From positions 704,001 through 768,000 of the forward strand of contig CAVZVA010000009.1 of NCBI GenBank assembly GCA_963778655.1: a DNA stretch of 64,000 nucleotides, read 5' to 3'. Source of the stretch: an uncultured delta proteobacterium. GTDB taxonomy: Bacteria; Myxococcota_A; Polyangia; Polyangiales; JAFGIB01. Below the pieces are notes generated by a model, which did no database searches, had not been told where the DNA came from, and saw nothing but the letters and a program-made list of their open reading frames with translations. Both the position numbers and the translations under genes were made by a program. Shown here piece by piece: positions 45,697-55,378 of this stretch (within the stretch, counting starts at the first letter, position 1; each line of letters begins with the position of its first letter).

Positions 45697-47562
45697 ATGG
45701 GCAAGGGTAGGTTGCTAGGGCAAGCAGGGCGGTGCTTCAGTGCAAGCCTGCTCGGGTTGCTGGTCGCCGTCACACCCGTGGCGGCGCAGAAGAGCCCGCA
45801 GCAGGTCGTCGAGGAGCTCAATCGCGACGCGATGGAGGCCTACAACGCGCTCGACATCAACAAGGCGGGGTCGATGCTCGAGGAGGCACTGCGCGTCTCG
45901 AGCGGCGGCGGCGTACCTCCCCAGCTCGTCGCTCGCACCAACTTGAACCTCGGCATCGTGTACATCGGCGGCCTGGGCGACCAGGACAACGGGCTTGGCT
46001 ACTTCGTGCAGGCGGTGTGCATGGATCCGAGCGTCCAGCTCGATCCGCTCACCAGCACGCCCGACATCCAAAACGTGATGAACGTCGCGATCCAGCGCGC
46101 GCGCGGCGGAGCCTGCCCCACCGGCCCCGCACCGCCCGGGGCGGTCGGGCTGCAACCCATGGCGCCCGCGCAGCCGATGCAGCCGATGCCTCCACCGCAG
46201 CCGGTCGCCCCGCCACCCGAGCAGGCGCTGGCGCATCGCTCGCCGGTCGAGCAGCTCAGCCAGACTCCGCTTCCGCTCTACGTGGAGGTCAACCCGCTGG
46301 CGCAAGCCAAGAAGATCTACGTCTACTACAAGGGTCTCGGCATGAAGGAGTACAAGCGCGTGCCGATGTACCAATACCAGAACGGCTTCGCGTACCAGAT
46401 CAGCTGCGAAGACGTGTGGGAGCCCAAGGTCAGCTATTACATCGAGGCCCAGTCGGCCGACGGGCGCGTGGTCGGCGTGATCGGCAGCGCGGCTCAACCG
46501 ATCGAAGTGCCGATCGTCGCAGCGCGCAAGCAACCCGAGCCGTCGCTGCCCGGCGCGCAACCGCCGACCTCGTGCGTGGCCAAGGAGTGCCCGCCGGGGA
46601 TGGCCGGCTGCAAGGCGTCCAAGAAGGCGTCCGCGGCGATCGGCGACTCTTGCTCGGCGAACGCGGACTGCCAGAGCGGCCTCGAATGCCGCGACGACGA
46701 GTGCGCGCTGATCGGCGCAGGCGGTACCGAGGTCCCCGAGATCAATCCCGCGACCGGCGCATACCAGCCGACCAGTCCGACCTCGTCCGGGCCCGAGGAG
46801 CTCAAGCTCAACTTCGTGCAGCTCGGCTTCACCGTGGGCCTGGCCTACGTGCAGGCGGGCATGGTGGCGGATCGCCCGCCGCCCAACAACCGCGTCTTCG
46901 TCGCCCAGGGCACGAGCATGTATATCGAGGATCCATACGCCGCACTGGCCGCCGGCCAGCAGGTGGAGTTTCCGACGCCCGGGACGGCCTCGGAGTCGCT
47001 GCTCAACTCTTGGGTGCCCGATGCCGACTCCAGCGACTCGCTCGGGCCGCTCAAGGGCAACTGCTCGGCCGACGGCGTCCCGAGCGGGCCGACGGACCCG
47101 CTCCACCAGCTGCCGACCAAGTATTGCGTCCGCGTCAAGGCGCCCGGCTTCGTGCCCAACCTGGCAATGCGCCTGGCCCTTGGCCGCTTCATCACGCCGA
47201 GGATCGCGGTTGCTGCCTTGATGCGGCTGCAGTTCGTGTCGGGCAAGGGCGCGCTCAACAATTTGCTGTTCGGCGCGCGCGCCGAATACGTGCTGACCAA
47301 GCCCAAGGCCAAGGGGCTGATGCTCTCGGCCTTCGCCGGCGTTACCGCGGGCGAGATTCAGGCCAAGCCGCCGGCGACCGGGACCACCAAGAACGCGCCC
47401 TTCGTCAAGTCCGGGATGATGGGCGCTCACATCGGCAGCAACGTGCGCTACCGCATCACGCCCAACGTCGGTCTGTTCGCCGCGCCCGAGATCGACGTGC
47501 AGTTCCCCACGCTGCTCGTCAACATCGACCTGACGCTGGCCGGCGTCGAAGCCGCGTTCTGA
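45697..47562 (+). CDS. Secreted or outer-membrane protein with TPR-like N-terminus, Cys-rich repeat and beta-barrel-like C-terminus
   Basis: Signal ending VAA-Q; helical N-domain; GDSCSANADCQSGLEC; amphipathic strands ending in Phe. Confidence 0.75.
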   Translation: MGKGRLLGQAGRCFSASLLGLLVAVTPVAAQKSPQQVVEELNRDAMEAYNALDINKAGSMLEEALRVSSGGGVPPQLVARTNLNLGIVYIGGLGDQDNGLGYFVQAVCMDPSVQLDPLTSTPDIQNVMNVAIQRARGGACPTGPAPPGAVGLQPMAPAQPMQPMPPPQPVAPPPEQALAHRSPVEQLSQTPLPLYVEVNPLAQAKKIYVYYKGLGMKEYKRVPMYQYQNGFAYQISCEDVWEPKVSYYIEAQSADGRVVGVIGSAAQPIEVPIVAARKQPEPSLPGAQPPTSCVAKECPPGMAGCKASKKASAAIGDSCSANADCQSGLECRDDECALIGAGGTEVPEINPATGAYQPTSPTSSGPEELKLNFVQLGFTVGLAYVQAGMVADRPPPNNRVFVAQGTSMYIEDPYAALAAGQQVEFPTPGTASESLLNSWVPDADSSDSLGPLKGNCSADGVPSGPTDPLHQLPTKYCVRVKAPGFVPNLAMRLALGRFITPRIAVAALMRLQFVSGKGALNNLLFGARAEYVLTKPKAKGLMLSAFAGVTAGEIQAKPPATGTTKNAPFVKSGMMGAHIGSNVRYRITPNVGLFAAPEIDVQFPTLLVNIDLTLAGVEAAF

Positions 47563-47577
47563 TCCCGGGGGAAGAAG

Positions 47578-47667
47578 AAACAGGAAGACGCGAAGGCGGC
47601 ACGGGCGATTGGACTAGGTCGCTACGCGCCCCACGACCGGAAGCATTCTTCCCGCCTTCCTGTGATC
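47578..47667. repeat. Inverted pair of ACAGGAAG repeat between convergent genes
   Basis: aaacaggaagacgcgaag ... cttcccgccttcctgtgatc. Confidence 0.6.
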
Positions 47668-47672
47668 TGGAC

Positions 47673-48521
47673 TTACGCCGCGTCCTGGCCGGTGGCTTCG
47701 AGCTGGCGGCGCAGCTTGCGCTTGGCGCGCGCCTCGAGCTGCCGCGCCCGCTCGCGCGAGACCCCGAGCCGGCGCCCGAGCTCGGCCAGCGAGAGCTCGT
47801 CCTCGCTCATGATGCGCTGCTCGACGATGTAGCGCTCGCGCCCGTCGAGCGCGCCCAGGGCCTGTCCGAGGTCGGCACGCAGCCGGCGGTCGTGCTCCGA
47901 CGCGAGCAGGGTGTGCTCCTGATCCTCGCCGTCGTCGCGCAGGGTGTCGAGCAGCGTGGCCGCCGAGCTGGCGCGCAGCGTCGCGTCGAGCGAGACGTCG
48001 CGCGCGTCGAGCTGCGCAAGCATGGCGCGCGCTTTGTCGGTGCTGACGCCGAAGCGCTCGGCCAGCAGCTGCAGCCTGCGCTCGGGGTCCTGCTCGATGC
48101 TGGAGATCTGGGCTCGTTCGCGGCGCAGGCGAAAGAAGAGCTTGGAGCGCAGCACGCCTGAGCCCGCGCCGACCATGCTGGTCGAGCGCACGACCAGGTC
48201 CAGCACGTAGGCGCGGATCCAGTACCCGGCGTAGGTCACGAAGCGGGTGCCGCGCTCGGGATCGAACTTGCGGGCGGCCATCATCAGCCCGACGCTGCCC
48301 TCGGCGATCAGCTCCCAGATCGGAATGCCGTAGCGGCGATACTGCAGGGCTACCGCCACCACGAAGCGCAGGTTGGCCTCCACCAGGGCGTGCACGGCGT
48401 CGAGCTCGCCCTGCCGGGCGCGCACCGCAAGATCGTGCTCTTCCTCGCGCGAGAGCGCGGGGATCGCGCGCGCTCGCTGGATGTACGCGGCCAAGGCGGT
48501 GTCTGAGCTGGGCGATAGCAT
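47673..48521 (-). CDS. RpoH (sigma32)-like RNA polymerase sigma factor
   Basis: LVEANLRFVV, ELIAEGSVGLM, FDPERGTRFVTYAGYWIRA, RpoH-box-like SKLFFRLRR, LGVSRERARQLE. Confidence 0.92.
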   Translation of the reverse strand: MLSPSSDTALAAYIQRARAIPALSREEEHDLAVRARQGELDAVHALVEANLRFVVAVALQYRRYGIPIWELIAEGSVGLMMAARKFDPERGTRFVTYAGYWIRAYVLDLVVRSTSMVGAGSGVLRSKLFFRLRRERAQISSIEQDPERRLQLLAERFGVSTDKARAMLAQLDARDVSLDATLRASSAATLLDTLRDDGEDQEHTLLASEHDRRLRADLGQALGALDGRERYIVEQRIMSEDELSLAELGRRLGVSRERARQLEARAKRKLRRQLEATGQDAA

Positions 48522-48535
48522 GGGCGCCTAAATAT

Positions 48536-48551
48536 TACGTTACGTAACGTA
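48536..48551. promoter_or_regulatory. Perfect 16-bp AT-rich palindrome, candidate operator
   Basis: TACGTTACGTAACGTA, 14 nt upstream of the sigma factor ATG. Confidence 0.55.
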
Positions 48552-48793
48552 CTCACAGAGGCGCCGGAGTCAAGGAAGCCCGCTCAGGATCATCAAGAAT
48601 GTGAACGTTTGTGCATGCTTGGCCGGATCGGCCGAGCCCGCCTGGCGTGCCCCCGGCATGCGCGCCCGTGGGCCCGGTCGCGCGCCACCGCGCGCCCCGA
48701 GCGGCAGGCGCAACTGCACCTCGGCCGGCGGTTGACTCGTTAGACTCGTACATCAGCTCGGAAGTCCGTTCCGGCCTTCCGAACCGATGATCC

Positions 48794-48821
48794 CTCCCGT
48801 CTTCCCGCCTTCCTGTGGATC
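48794..48821 (-). repeat. ACAGGAAG repeat family copy
   Basis: ctcccgtcttcccgccttcctgtggatc downstream of the HesB/IscA gene. Confidence 0.6.
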
Positions 48822-48861
48822 TCCTGACCCCAGGGCGGCTGCATTTCTGGACGAGAGCTGA

Positions 48862-49188
48862 CTAGACCGAGAAGCTCGAGCCGCAGCCGCAGGTCGAGCG
48901 CGCGGTCGGGTTGCTGAACTTGAAGCCGGCGCCGTGCAGCCCTTCGACGTAGTCGATCTCGGTGCCTTCGAGGTAGGTCATGCTCATCATGTCCACGAAC
49001 AGCGGCACGCCCTGCGACTCCACCCGCTCGTCGATGTCGGTGTTGAACTCGTCGTCGAAGAACAGGTCGTAGCTGAAGCCCGAACAGCCGCCGCCGATTA
49101 CCCGGACCCGCAGGCCTTGCCCCTCCAGGCCTTCCACCTTCTGGATTTCCTTCACTTTTTCGGACGCTCGTTCGGTCAGGCTGATCAT
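48862..49188 (-). CDS. HesB/IscA/ErpA A-type Fe-S carrier
   Basis: GGGCSGFSY, GTEIDY, NPTARSTCGCGSSF. Confidence 0.95.
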   Translation of the reverse strand: MISLTERASEKVKEIQKVEGLEGQGLRVRVIGGGCSGFSYDLFFDDEFNTDIDERVESQGVPLFVDMMSMTYLEGTEIDYVEGLHGAGFKFSNPTARSTCGCGSSFSV

Positions 49189-49288
49189 AGACAGCTCTCC
49201 TCGTCGCCTCAATATAGGGCTGGGATCCGTCCCTGCCAACGGCCGGCGGGGACTCGCAGCCGCGTTTCTTCTCGACCGGTCCGCCGGT

Positions 49289-49759
49289 TCAGGACGCGCG
49301 CTTGAGGGCCTCGAGCAGCTCCGTGTTGTCCCGCTGCTCGCTGTGCTCCTTGACCCACGCGATCTTGCCCTCCTTGTCGACCACCACGGTCGCCCGCCGG
49401 GCGATCCCCTTGTCCTCCAGGTAGAGCCCGTACGCCTTGGCGACGGCGCCCTTGGGATGGAAGTCCGCCAGCAGGGGGTAGCTCACGCCTAGCGACTTTG
49501 CGAAGGCGTCGTGCGTCCAGGCGCTGTCCACGCTGATGCCGAGCACCTGCGCGCCGACCTGCTCGAACTGCTTGAGGTCGTCCCGGAAGCACGCGTTCTC
49601 CTTGGTGCACACCGGGCTGAAGTCGAGCGGGTAGAAGGCGAGCACCACCGGCTTGCCGCGCAGATCACTCAGCTTGTATTTCTTGCCGGGTCTTCCCCCC
49701 TCGGATTGGTTGGAGGGGAGCTCGAAGTCGGGGGCGGGCTGGTTGACGGAAATGGCCAT
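49289..49759 (-). CDS. Peroxiredoxin (AhpC/TSA family)
   Basis: APDFEL, LAFYPLDFSPVC, GISVDS, LLADFHPKG, RATVVVD. Confidence 0.92.
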   Translation of the reverse strand: MAISVNQPAPDFELPSNQSEGGRPGKKYKLSDLRGKPVVLAFYPLDFSPVCTKENACFRDDLKQFEQVGAQVLGISVDSAWTHDAFAKSLGVSYPLLADFHPKGAVAKAYGLYLEDKGIARRATVVVDKEGKIAWVKEHSEQRDNTELLEALKRAS

Positions 49760-49850
49760 CGGGGTTGGCTCCTTGCTGGGCGATGTCTTACGTTGGCGGT
49801 TGTCGGGCAGAAGGCGTAGGGCGCAATGGCGGCCAGTGCAATAGGTCTCG

Positions 49851-50585
49851 ATGCTTGAGCTGGCTGGGCGGCGTGCGCTCGTCACCGGTGGGGGACAGCG
49901 CGTGGGCGCCGCGATCGCCCTGGCGCTGGGCGAGCAGGGCATGCGGGTGGCCGTGCATTACCATGCCTCGGGGGCGGGCGCGGCGGAGGTTTGCCGGCAG
50001 GTGGAGGACAGCGGCGGCGAGGCCGTGGCGCTGCAGGCGGACCTGCGCGTGCGCGCGCAGGCCCGGGCGCTGGTCGATCGCGCGGCCCAGGCGCTCGGCG
50101 GCCTCGACTTGCTGGTGCTGAGCGCTGCGAGCTTCGAGCGCACCCCGCTGGGGACGCTCAGCGACGCGAGCTGGGACCAGAGCCTGGCGCTCAACCTGAA
50201 CGCGCCGCTGGCGATGGCCCAGCGGGCCGCTCCGGCGTTGCGCGCGGCGCGCGGCAGTATGGTGCTCGTGACCTGTATCAGCCGCTTCGCCCCGGCGCGC
50301 GACTACCTCGCATACCAGGTCTCCAAGGCCGCGCTTTACCACCTGATGCGCCTGCTCGCGCTGGAGCTGGCCCCCGAGGTCCGCGTCAACGCGGTGGCTC
50401 CGGGCAGCGTGCTGCCGCCCGACGACTGGGACGCGCCGCGCCGTGCCGCGCTGCTCGAGCGCATTCCGCTCGGCCGTCTCGGCCAGGCCCGCGACGTGGC
50501 CGACGCGGTCGTGCACCTGGCGCGGGGCGAGTGGCTGACCGGCAGCGAGATCGTGGTCGATGGCGGCCGCAGCGTCTGGGGCTGA
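49851..50585 (+). CDS. Short-chain dehydrogenase, pteridine reductase/FolM-like
   Basis: TGGGQRVG, VAVHY, YQVSK, RVNAVAPG, TG--I-VDGG. Confidence 0.9.
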   Translation: MLELAGRRALVTGGGQRVGAAIALALGEQGMRVAVHYHASGAGAAEVCRQVEDSGGEAVALQADLRVRAQARALVDRAAQALGGLDLLVLSAASFERTPLGTLSDASWDQSLALNLNAPLAMAQRAAPALRAARGSMVLVTCISRFAPARDYLAYQVSKAALYHLMRLLALELAPEVRVNAVAPGSVLPPDDWDAPRRAALLERIPLGRLGQARDVADAVVHLARGEWLTGSEIVVDGGRSVWG

Positions 50586-50595
50586 GCCTTGGGCT

Positions 50596-52066
50596 CTACG
50601 CGCCGGCGCCGATCACCGACGCCGGTCACGTTGAAGCGCGCCTTGTTGGGCTCGATGATACCGGTGATGCGGGGAAAGCGCCGTCCCTGCGACGGCGCGC
50701 CCAAGTCGATTTCCTTGGGCTTGGAGAAGACCTGACCGCTGCGGTCGGTGATCAGCTTGACGCGCGGGCGCGCCAGCGCCGCCTTGTTGGTGGACTGGCC
50801 GACCACGATGCCCCACTCGCCGGTCTCGAATTCGACCACGGTGCCGGTCGGCATCACCCCGACCGCCTGGATCAGCAGCTTGTACACCAGCTCGTCGACG
50901 TTGGTCTGGGCGGCGAGGCTGGCCAGGGCATCGAGCGGGGACATCGGGCGCGTGGTGTCTCGCGGTGCGAGCCGCTCGAGCAGCTGGCGCACCACAAACA
51001 GGATCTTCGACTGGATCAGCGGCGACATGGTGCGCTTGTAGATCGGGCCGAGCAGGCTCTGTCGTTCCAGGTAGGTCGCCTCGTACGCGCTCACCGTGCG
51101 CAGGGCGTTCTGCAGATTCACGCCGCCGGTGGAGATGCACAGCGAGCTGGTCAGCGACGGGACCACCTTCTCCACGTCCTCTGACAGCTGCACGAACTTC
51201 TCGCCCGAGGAGCCCGCGATGCGTACGCGTCCGACGTCGGCCATCAGCGCGGCCATCGCGAGCTGCGAGAGCGCGGCGCGGCTGTGGGTCAGCCTGCGTG
51301 CCACGATGATGCACAGGATCGCGCACTGCACCGCGCGGCCGGCCTCGTCGCGGTGTGCGTTGGCCAGGGTGGTCATCGCGATCAGCGCCCCCTCGTCGGT
51401 CTCCGCCATCGACGCCATGCGTTGGGCGACGCGCTTGACCCGGTGCGGCAGCACGGTCTTGCCCTGCGACATGCGCTCGTAGAACTGCCGCAACACCACC
51501 AGCGCGGACGCATAGGCACGCAGCGTCTTCTCCATCTCCGGCAGATTCTGGTCGTCCTCGTTGTTCTGCAGGTTCGAGTCGACCTGACGCACCATCACGT
51601 TGCTCAGCTTGGCCTCGAGCATGCGCCCGCGCTGGCTCGGGTCGCGCAGGCTGGTCGAGAACGCCTCGCAGAAGGCCAGTAGGTCCTGCTCGGTCACCTC
51701 GCCGGTGAAGCTCACCTCCGAGACCGCGCCCACCGCGAGCAGCTTGCCCACCTCCATCGCGGACTCGTAGATCGAGCGCGAGGCGCGCAGCAGCTGGCCG
51801 CAGACGAAGATCGTGTCGTCGACGTAGGTGATGCTGACGTAACCGCCGACGATGTTGGCGAAGTCGGTGATGATCGCGTGGCTCTCCTTGACCGTGGTCA
51901 GCACCGCCTTGTTGTCGAGCGCGTGGACCAGCGCGTTCTTGACCAGGCGGAAGATAGCCAGGATCACCTCGGCGCCTTTGTCGCGGATCTCCTCGAGCGC
52001 CTTGTTGCGCGAGTCGGTCGCCTTGCAGGCCGCCAGGAACGCCGTCTTCTCGGTCTTGGACGCCAT
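50596..52066 (-). CDS. Degenerate HD-GYP-like protein; 3' end apparently frameshifted (as read, the ORF runs on to 50336)
   Basis: KRVAQRMA, AALMADVGR in place of ALLHD(I/V)G, GVMPTGTVVEFETGEWGIVV...RPRVKLI. Removing one base near 50616 gives GVVIGAGA-stop at 50596. Confidence 0.7.
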
Positions 52067-52068
52067 CG

Positions 52069-55000
52069 CTACCCTCTCCCGGCCGAGGACGCACGCCCGC
52101 GGCCGCCCGGCGCCGCCGCGTCTTCGGGCGCGTTCGGGTCGGTCTTGCGCTTTACCCGCAGCGCGCTCTCGGTCTTGCCCTCGTTCTGGTCGGCCTGGGC
52201 GCCGGCCGGCGCCTTCTTGCCCTCCGCCGGCGGCTTGGTCGCGCCGCGCTGCGCCGGCCGCTTCCTGCGGGCCGCGGTGGTGCGGCCGGGGCCCTCACCG
52301 GCGGCGCGTTTGGCCTCGATCTGAGACTTGCGTGCTTCGATCGCCTCTTGGGCGCGCTGGGTCAGGCGCCCGACTGCCGCGGCGGCCGCCTCGCGCACGC
52401 GCTTGCCGTTCTGCCACGGCTTGCTGTGCGCGATGCCCTCGAGCAAATGGTAGGCCGCGTCGGTGCTCGCGACCTCGGCCAGAAAGCGCGCCGCGAGCTC
52501 GCGCGTCGACTCGAGCGCCGCGGGCCGCAGCAGCTTCGACTCCTTGAGCAGGCTGATGCAAACCTCTTCGCAGCGCTTCGGCCGCAGTGCGGCCAGGGTC
52601 TGCAGCGAGCGCTCGCGCTCCTGCAGTGGCAGCTTGAGAAAAACCTTGTCCTGGATGCGCAGCACCAGGAACGGCCCGGCCGCGGCGATCTGGTGCTTCT
52701 CCATCGCGCTCAGCGCCGCCAGACGCACCTGCAGCTGGTCGTCGTCGAGCAACTTGCGCAGCTCCGTCCGCACGCGCGTTCCGCTCACGCCTTCGAGGTG
52801 GCCCAACGCTTCGATCCGCACCAGCGGATGCGGGCTGTTGGCGGCCAGCGCGATCGCTTCGCGCGACGCATCGGTCTCGATCGACACCAGCAAGCGCACC
52901 AGCTGCAGGCCCAGCTCCACGTCCGCGCTGTCGAACAGCGCCCCGATCTTGAGCTCGTGGCCGCGCCCCGTGCGCCGCAAGAATTCGAGCAGCAGCTCCC
53001 GAATCTTGCCCTCCGGCGTCTCCGGCAGGAATGCGATCGCGGACTCGAAGTGCTGGCTCTGGATGCACTCGAGCACCTTCGACAGCCCCTTCAGATAGCC
53101 CTGGCGGCGTTCCTCCGGCAGCGCGCTCGAGTTCTTCAGGATGTCGAGCAAGGTCCTGGGCGACAGCACCTCCGCGGTGATGGTCGCGCGCAGGTTCTCG
53201 GTCTCGAGCGCTTTGCCTTCGATCGTCACCGTCTCGCGCAGCTGCACGATCATGTCCATGGCTTTTTCGGGCTCGCCCGCGCTGAGCCCGTCGACCGCGC
53301 GCCGCAGCGGCGCGGTCACGGCGGCCGAGCGGCCCATCTTGGCGGAGGCCACGAAGGCCTCGGCGGCCGCGACCACGAAACGCTCGCTGGTCGCACCGAC
53401 GTCCGTGTCCAGCCGCGCTGCCAGCAAGGCCCTGGTCGCATCGTCGATCACGACGGCGGCGGCGGCCTGGGCCTCCTCCGGCGACTGATCCTGCATGTTC
53501 ATGTTGGCGACGCGCGCCGCGGCCTCGGCATCGAGCGGCGAGCTGCGGTTGATGAAGTCGATCACCTGCCGGGTCTTGACCCCGGCGTTGGGATGGGCGC
53601 CGGGTCCGCCGCCCGACTGGTCCTGGCGCCAGGCCTGGCCCACCTCGCGCAGGTAGTCCGCGTGCGCCCCATTGATGACGGCGTTGCGCTCGGCCTCGTA
53701 GCGCGCGCGCTGCTCCTGGTTGCCTTCCGCGAACGAGTCGATCGCCTGGTGGAACACGTGGTTGAACGCCGCGTCCCACAGCCGCGTGACCAGGTCGTCT
53801 TCGGGCGCGAGGTCGACGGTGGGGTCGAGCGTGATCACGTCGAGCCACTCGAAGAACTCGCCTTCATCCAGCCCCGGCACCAGACCCATGGTGCGCACGC
53901 CGTCGGAGAACAGCTGGTACGGCACCCGGTTCCAGGGCGGCTCCGGCTCCCAGATCACGTTGTCGCCGGCCACGAACGCGTACGGGGTGAAGTTCCACGC
54001 CAGGCAGATGTCGCAGCTCATCAGCGCGGAAGCGAGCTCCTTGAAGCACTCCTCGAGGCGGCGCTGCGGCTCGGGATGGTCCGGGCCGTACTGCTTACGC
54101 GCGACCAGACCGCGCTCGAGCAGCGTGAACACCTTCTGCATCTGCGCGATCTCGTCGGGGCTGTTGCTGCTCGGATCGAAGGTGTCGAGGCGCTCCCCGC
54201 GATCGCCTTTGGCGTAGCCGTCGGGCGCCGACTCGCCCTGGACCGTGGCCGGCACCACCTGGCCCTGCGGAATGACCTGCGTCTTGCTGACCGCCTCCTG
54301 CGTGAGCGAGGCGCGCACCTTGGCCAGCTCCTGCCTGAAGCTGGTGGCGTCGGGGAAGCGGTGGTCGCGCTCGTAGGCGAGCGCGCGGTCGACCATCGCC
54401 ACCAGGTTGAACGGCGCGTTGTTGAGCACGCGCGCGAGCGAGCGTGCGGGCCGCGTCGCCGCGGCCACCAGCATCTCGCCAGCGGTCTCCGCCTCGTGCA
54501 CCGGCAGCCCCGAGAGCAAGGTGAAGGCGGTGGCTCCGACCGCGTACAAATCGGTGCGCTGGTCGACCTCCGCCCAGCGCCCCATCGCCTGCTCGGGCGC
54601 CATGAACGACGGCGTGCCCATCACCATGCCGGTCTGCGTCTTGCGCGCGTTGTCCTCGCGCAGCCGCGCGATGCCGAAGTCCAGCACCTTGAGCTGGGAA
54701 TCTCTGGTGAAGAACAGGTTCTCCGGCTTGAGATCGCGGTGGATGATCGACTGCTTGTGGGCCGCTTCGAGCACGGCCAAGGTCTGGTCGATGATGTCCA
54801 GCGTTTCCTGGATCGACAGCCGGCCGCCGGATTTCTCGGCCTTGGATTCGACCGACTCGCCCTGCAGCAGCTCCATCACCAGGTACGGCGTGCCGTGCTC
54901 GTCGACGTCGTCGTCGAGCACCTTGACCGTGCCCGGATGGCCGACCTTGTTCGCGATGTAGGCCTCGCGCAGAAAGCGCTCGCGCACCTCGTCGTTGCGG

Positions 55001-55170
55001 GCGACGTCCTCGTGCAACAGCTTGATCGCGCCGACCGAGCCGTTGCGGTGCGTGGCCATGTACACCGCGGCCATGCCGCCGACTCCGATCAACGCATCGA
55101 GCCGCCACTTGCCGCTGATCAGGTGGCCAACGCGGGCTCGGCACTGGGCTACGATCGGATCTTCATCCAT
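52069..55170 (-). CDS. Hanks-type Ser/Thr kinase fused to a HEAT-repeat region
   Basis: IGVGGMAAVY, AIK, HRDLKPEN, DFG, MAPE; central QYGPDHPE and QLFSDGVRTM; C-terminal HEAT units. Confidence 0.93.
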   Translation of the reverse strand: MDEDPIVAQCRARVGHLISGKWRLDALIGVGGMAAVYMATHRNGSVGAIKLLHEDVARNDEVRERFLREAYIANKVGHPGTVKVLDDDVDEHGTPYLVMELLQGESVESKAEKSGGRLSIQETLDIIDQTLAVLEAAHKQSIIHRDLKPENLFFTRDSQLKVLDFGIARLREDNARKTQTGMVMGTPSFMAPEQAMGRWAEVDQRTDLYAVGATAFTLLSGLPVHEAETAGEMLVAAATRPARSLARVLNNAPFNLVAMVDRALAYERDHRFPDATSFRQELAKVRASLTQEAVSKTQVIPQGQVVPATVQGESAPDGYAKGDRGERLDTFDPSSNSPDEIAQMQKVFTLLERGLVARKQYGPDHPEPQRRLEECFKELASALMSCDICLAWNFTPYAFVAGDNVIWEPEPPWNRVPYQLFSDGVRTMGLVPGLDEGEFFEWLDVITLDPTVDLAPEDDLVTRLWDAAFNHVFHQAIDSFAEGNQEQRARYEAERNAVINGAHADYLREVGQAWRQDQSGGGPGAHPNAGVKTRQVIDFINRSSPLDAEAAARVANMNMQDQSPEEAQAAAAVVIDDATRALLAARLDTDVGATSERFVVAAAEAFVASAKMGRSAAVTAPLRRAVDGLSAGEPEKAMDMIVQLRETVTIEGKALETENLRATITAEVLSPRTLLDILKNSSALPEERRQGYLKGLSKVLECIQSQHFESAIAFLPETPEGKIRELLLEFLRRTGRGHELKIGALFDSADVELGLQLVRLLVSIETDASREAIALAANSPHPLVRIEALGHLEGVSGTRVRTELRKLLDDDQLQVRLAALSAMEKHQIAAAGPFLVLRIQDKVFLKLPLQERERSLQTLAALRPKRCEEVCISLLKESKLLRPAALESTRELAARFLAEVASTDAAYHLLEGIAHSKPWQNGKRVREAAAAAVGRLTQRAQEAIEARKSQIEAKRAAGEGPGRTTAARRKRPAQRGATKPPAEGKKAPAGAQADQNEGKTESALRVKRKTDPNAPEDAAAPGGRGRASSAGRG

Positions 55171-55378
55171 GGGTTCAGCGCAGCACGAGCGGGGCGATCG
55201 CACCCGCTCGCGTCCAGGCTAATCCGGGCGCGTCGCTACATGAAAAATGTCTCACGCAGGGGGGGTCCGAGCAACGGTGTGTGTTTGCGCGGAGTGTAGG
55301 GCCTGGAGCGAAAGCAGCGCACGCGACCCGCGGCGCCCGCATCCGCCCACAGCGCGCCGGGTGTGAGCGGCCCGCGCG

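Noticed and set aside
48599..48617. CRP/FNR-like site ATGTGAACGTTTGTGCAT
   Set aside because: The second half-site is a poor match.
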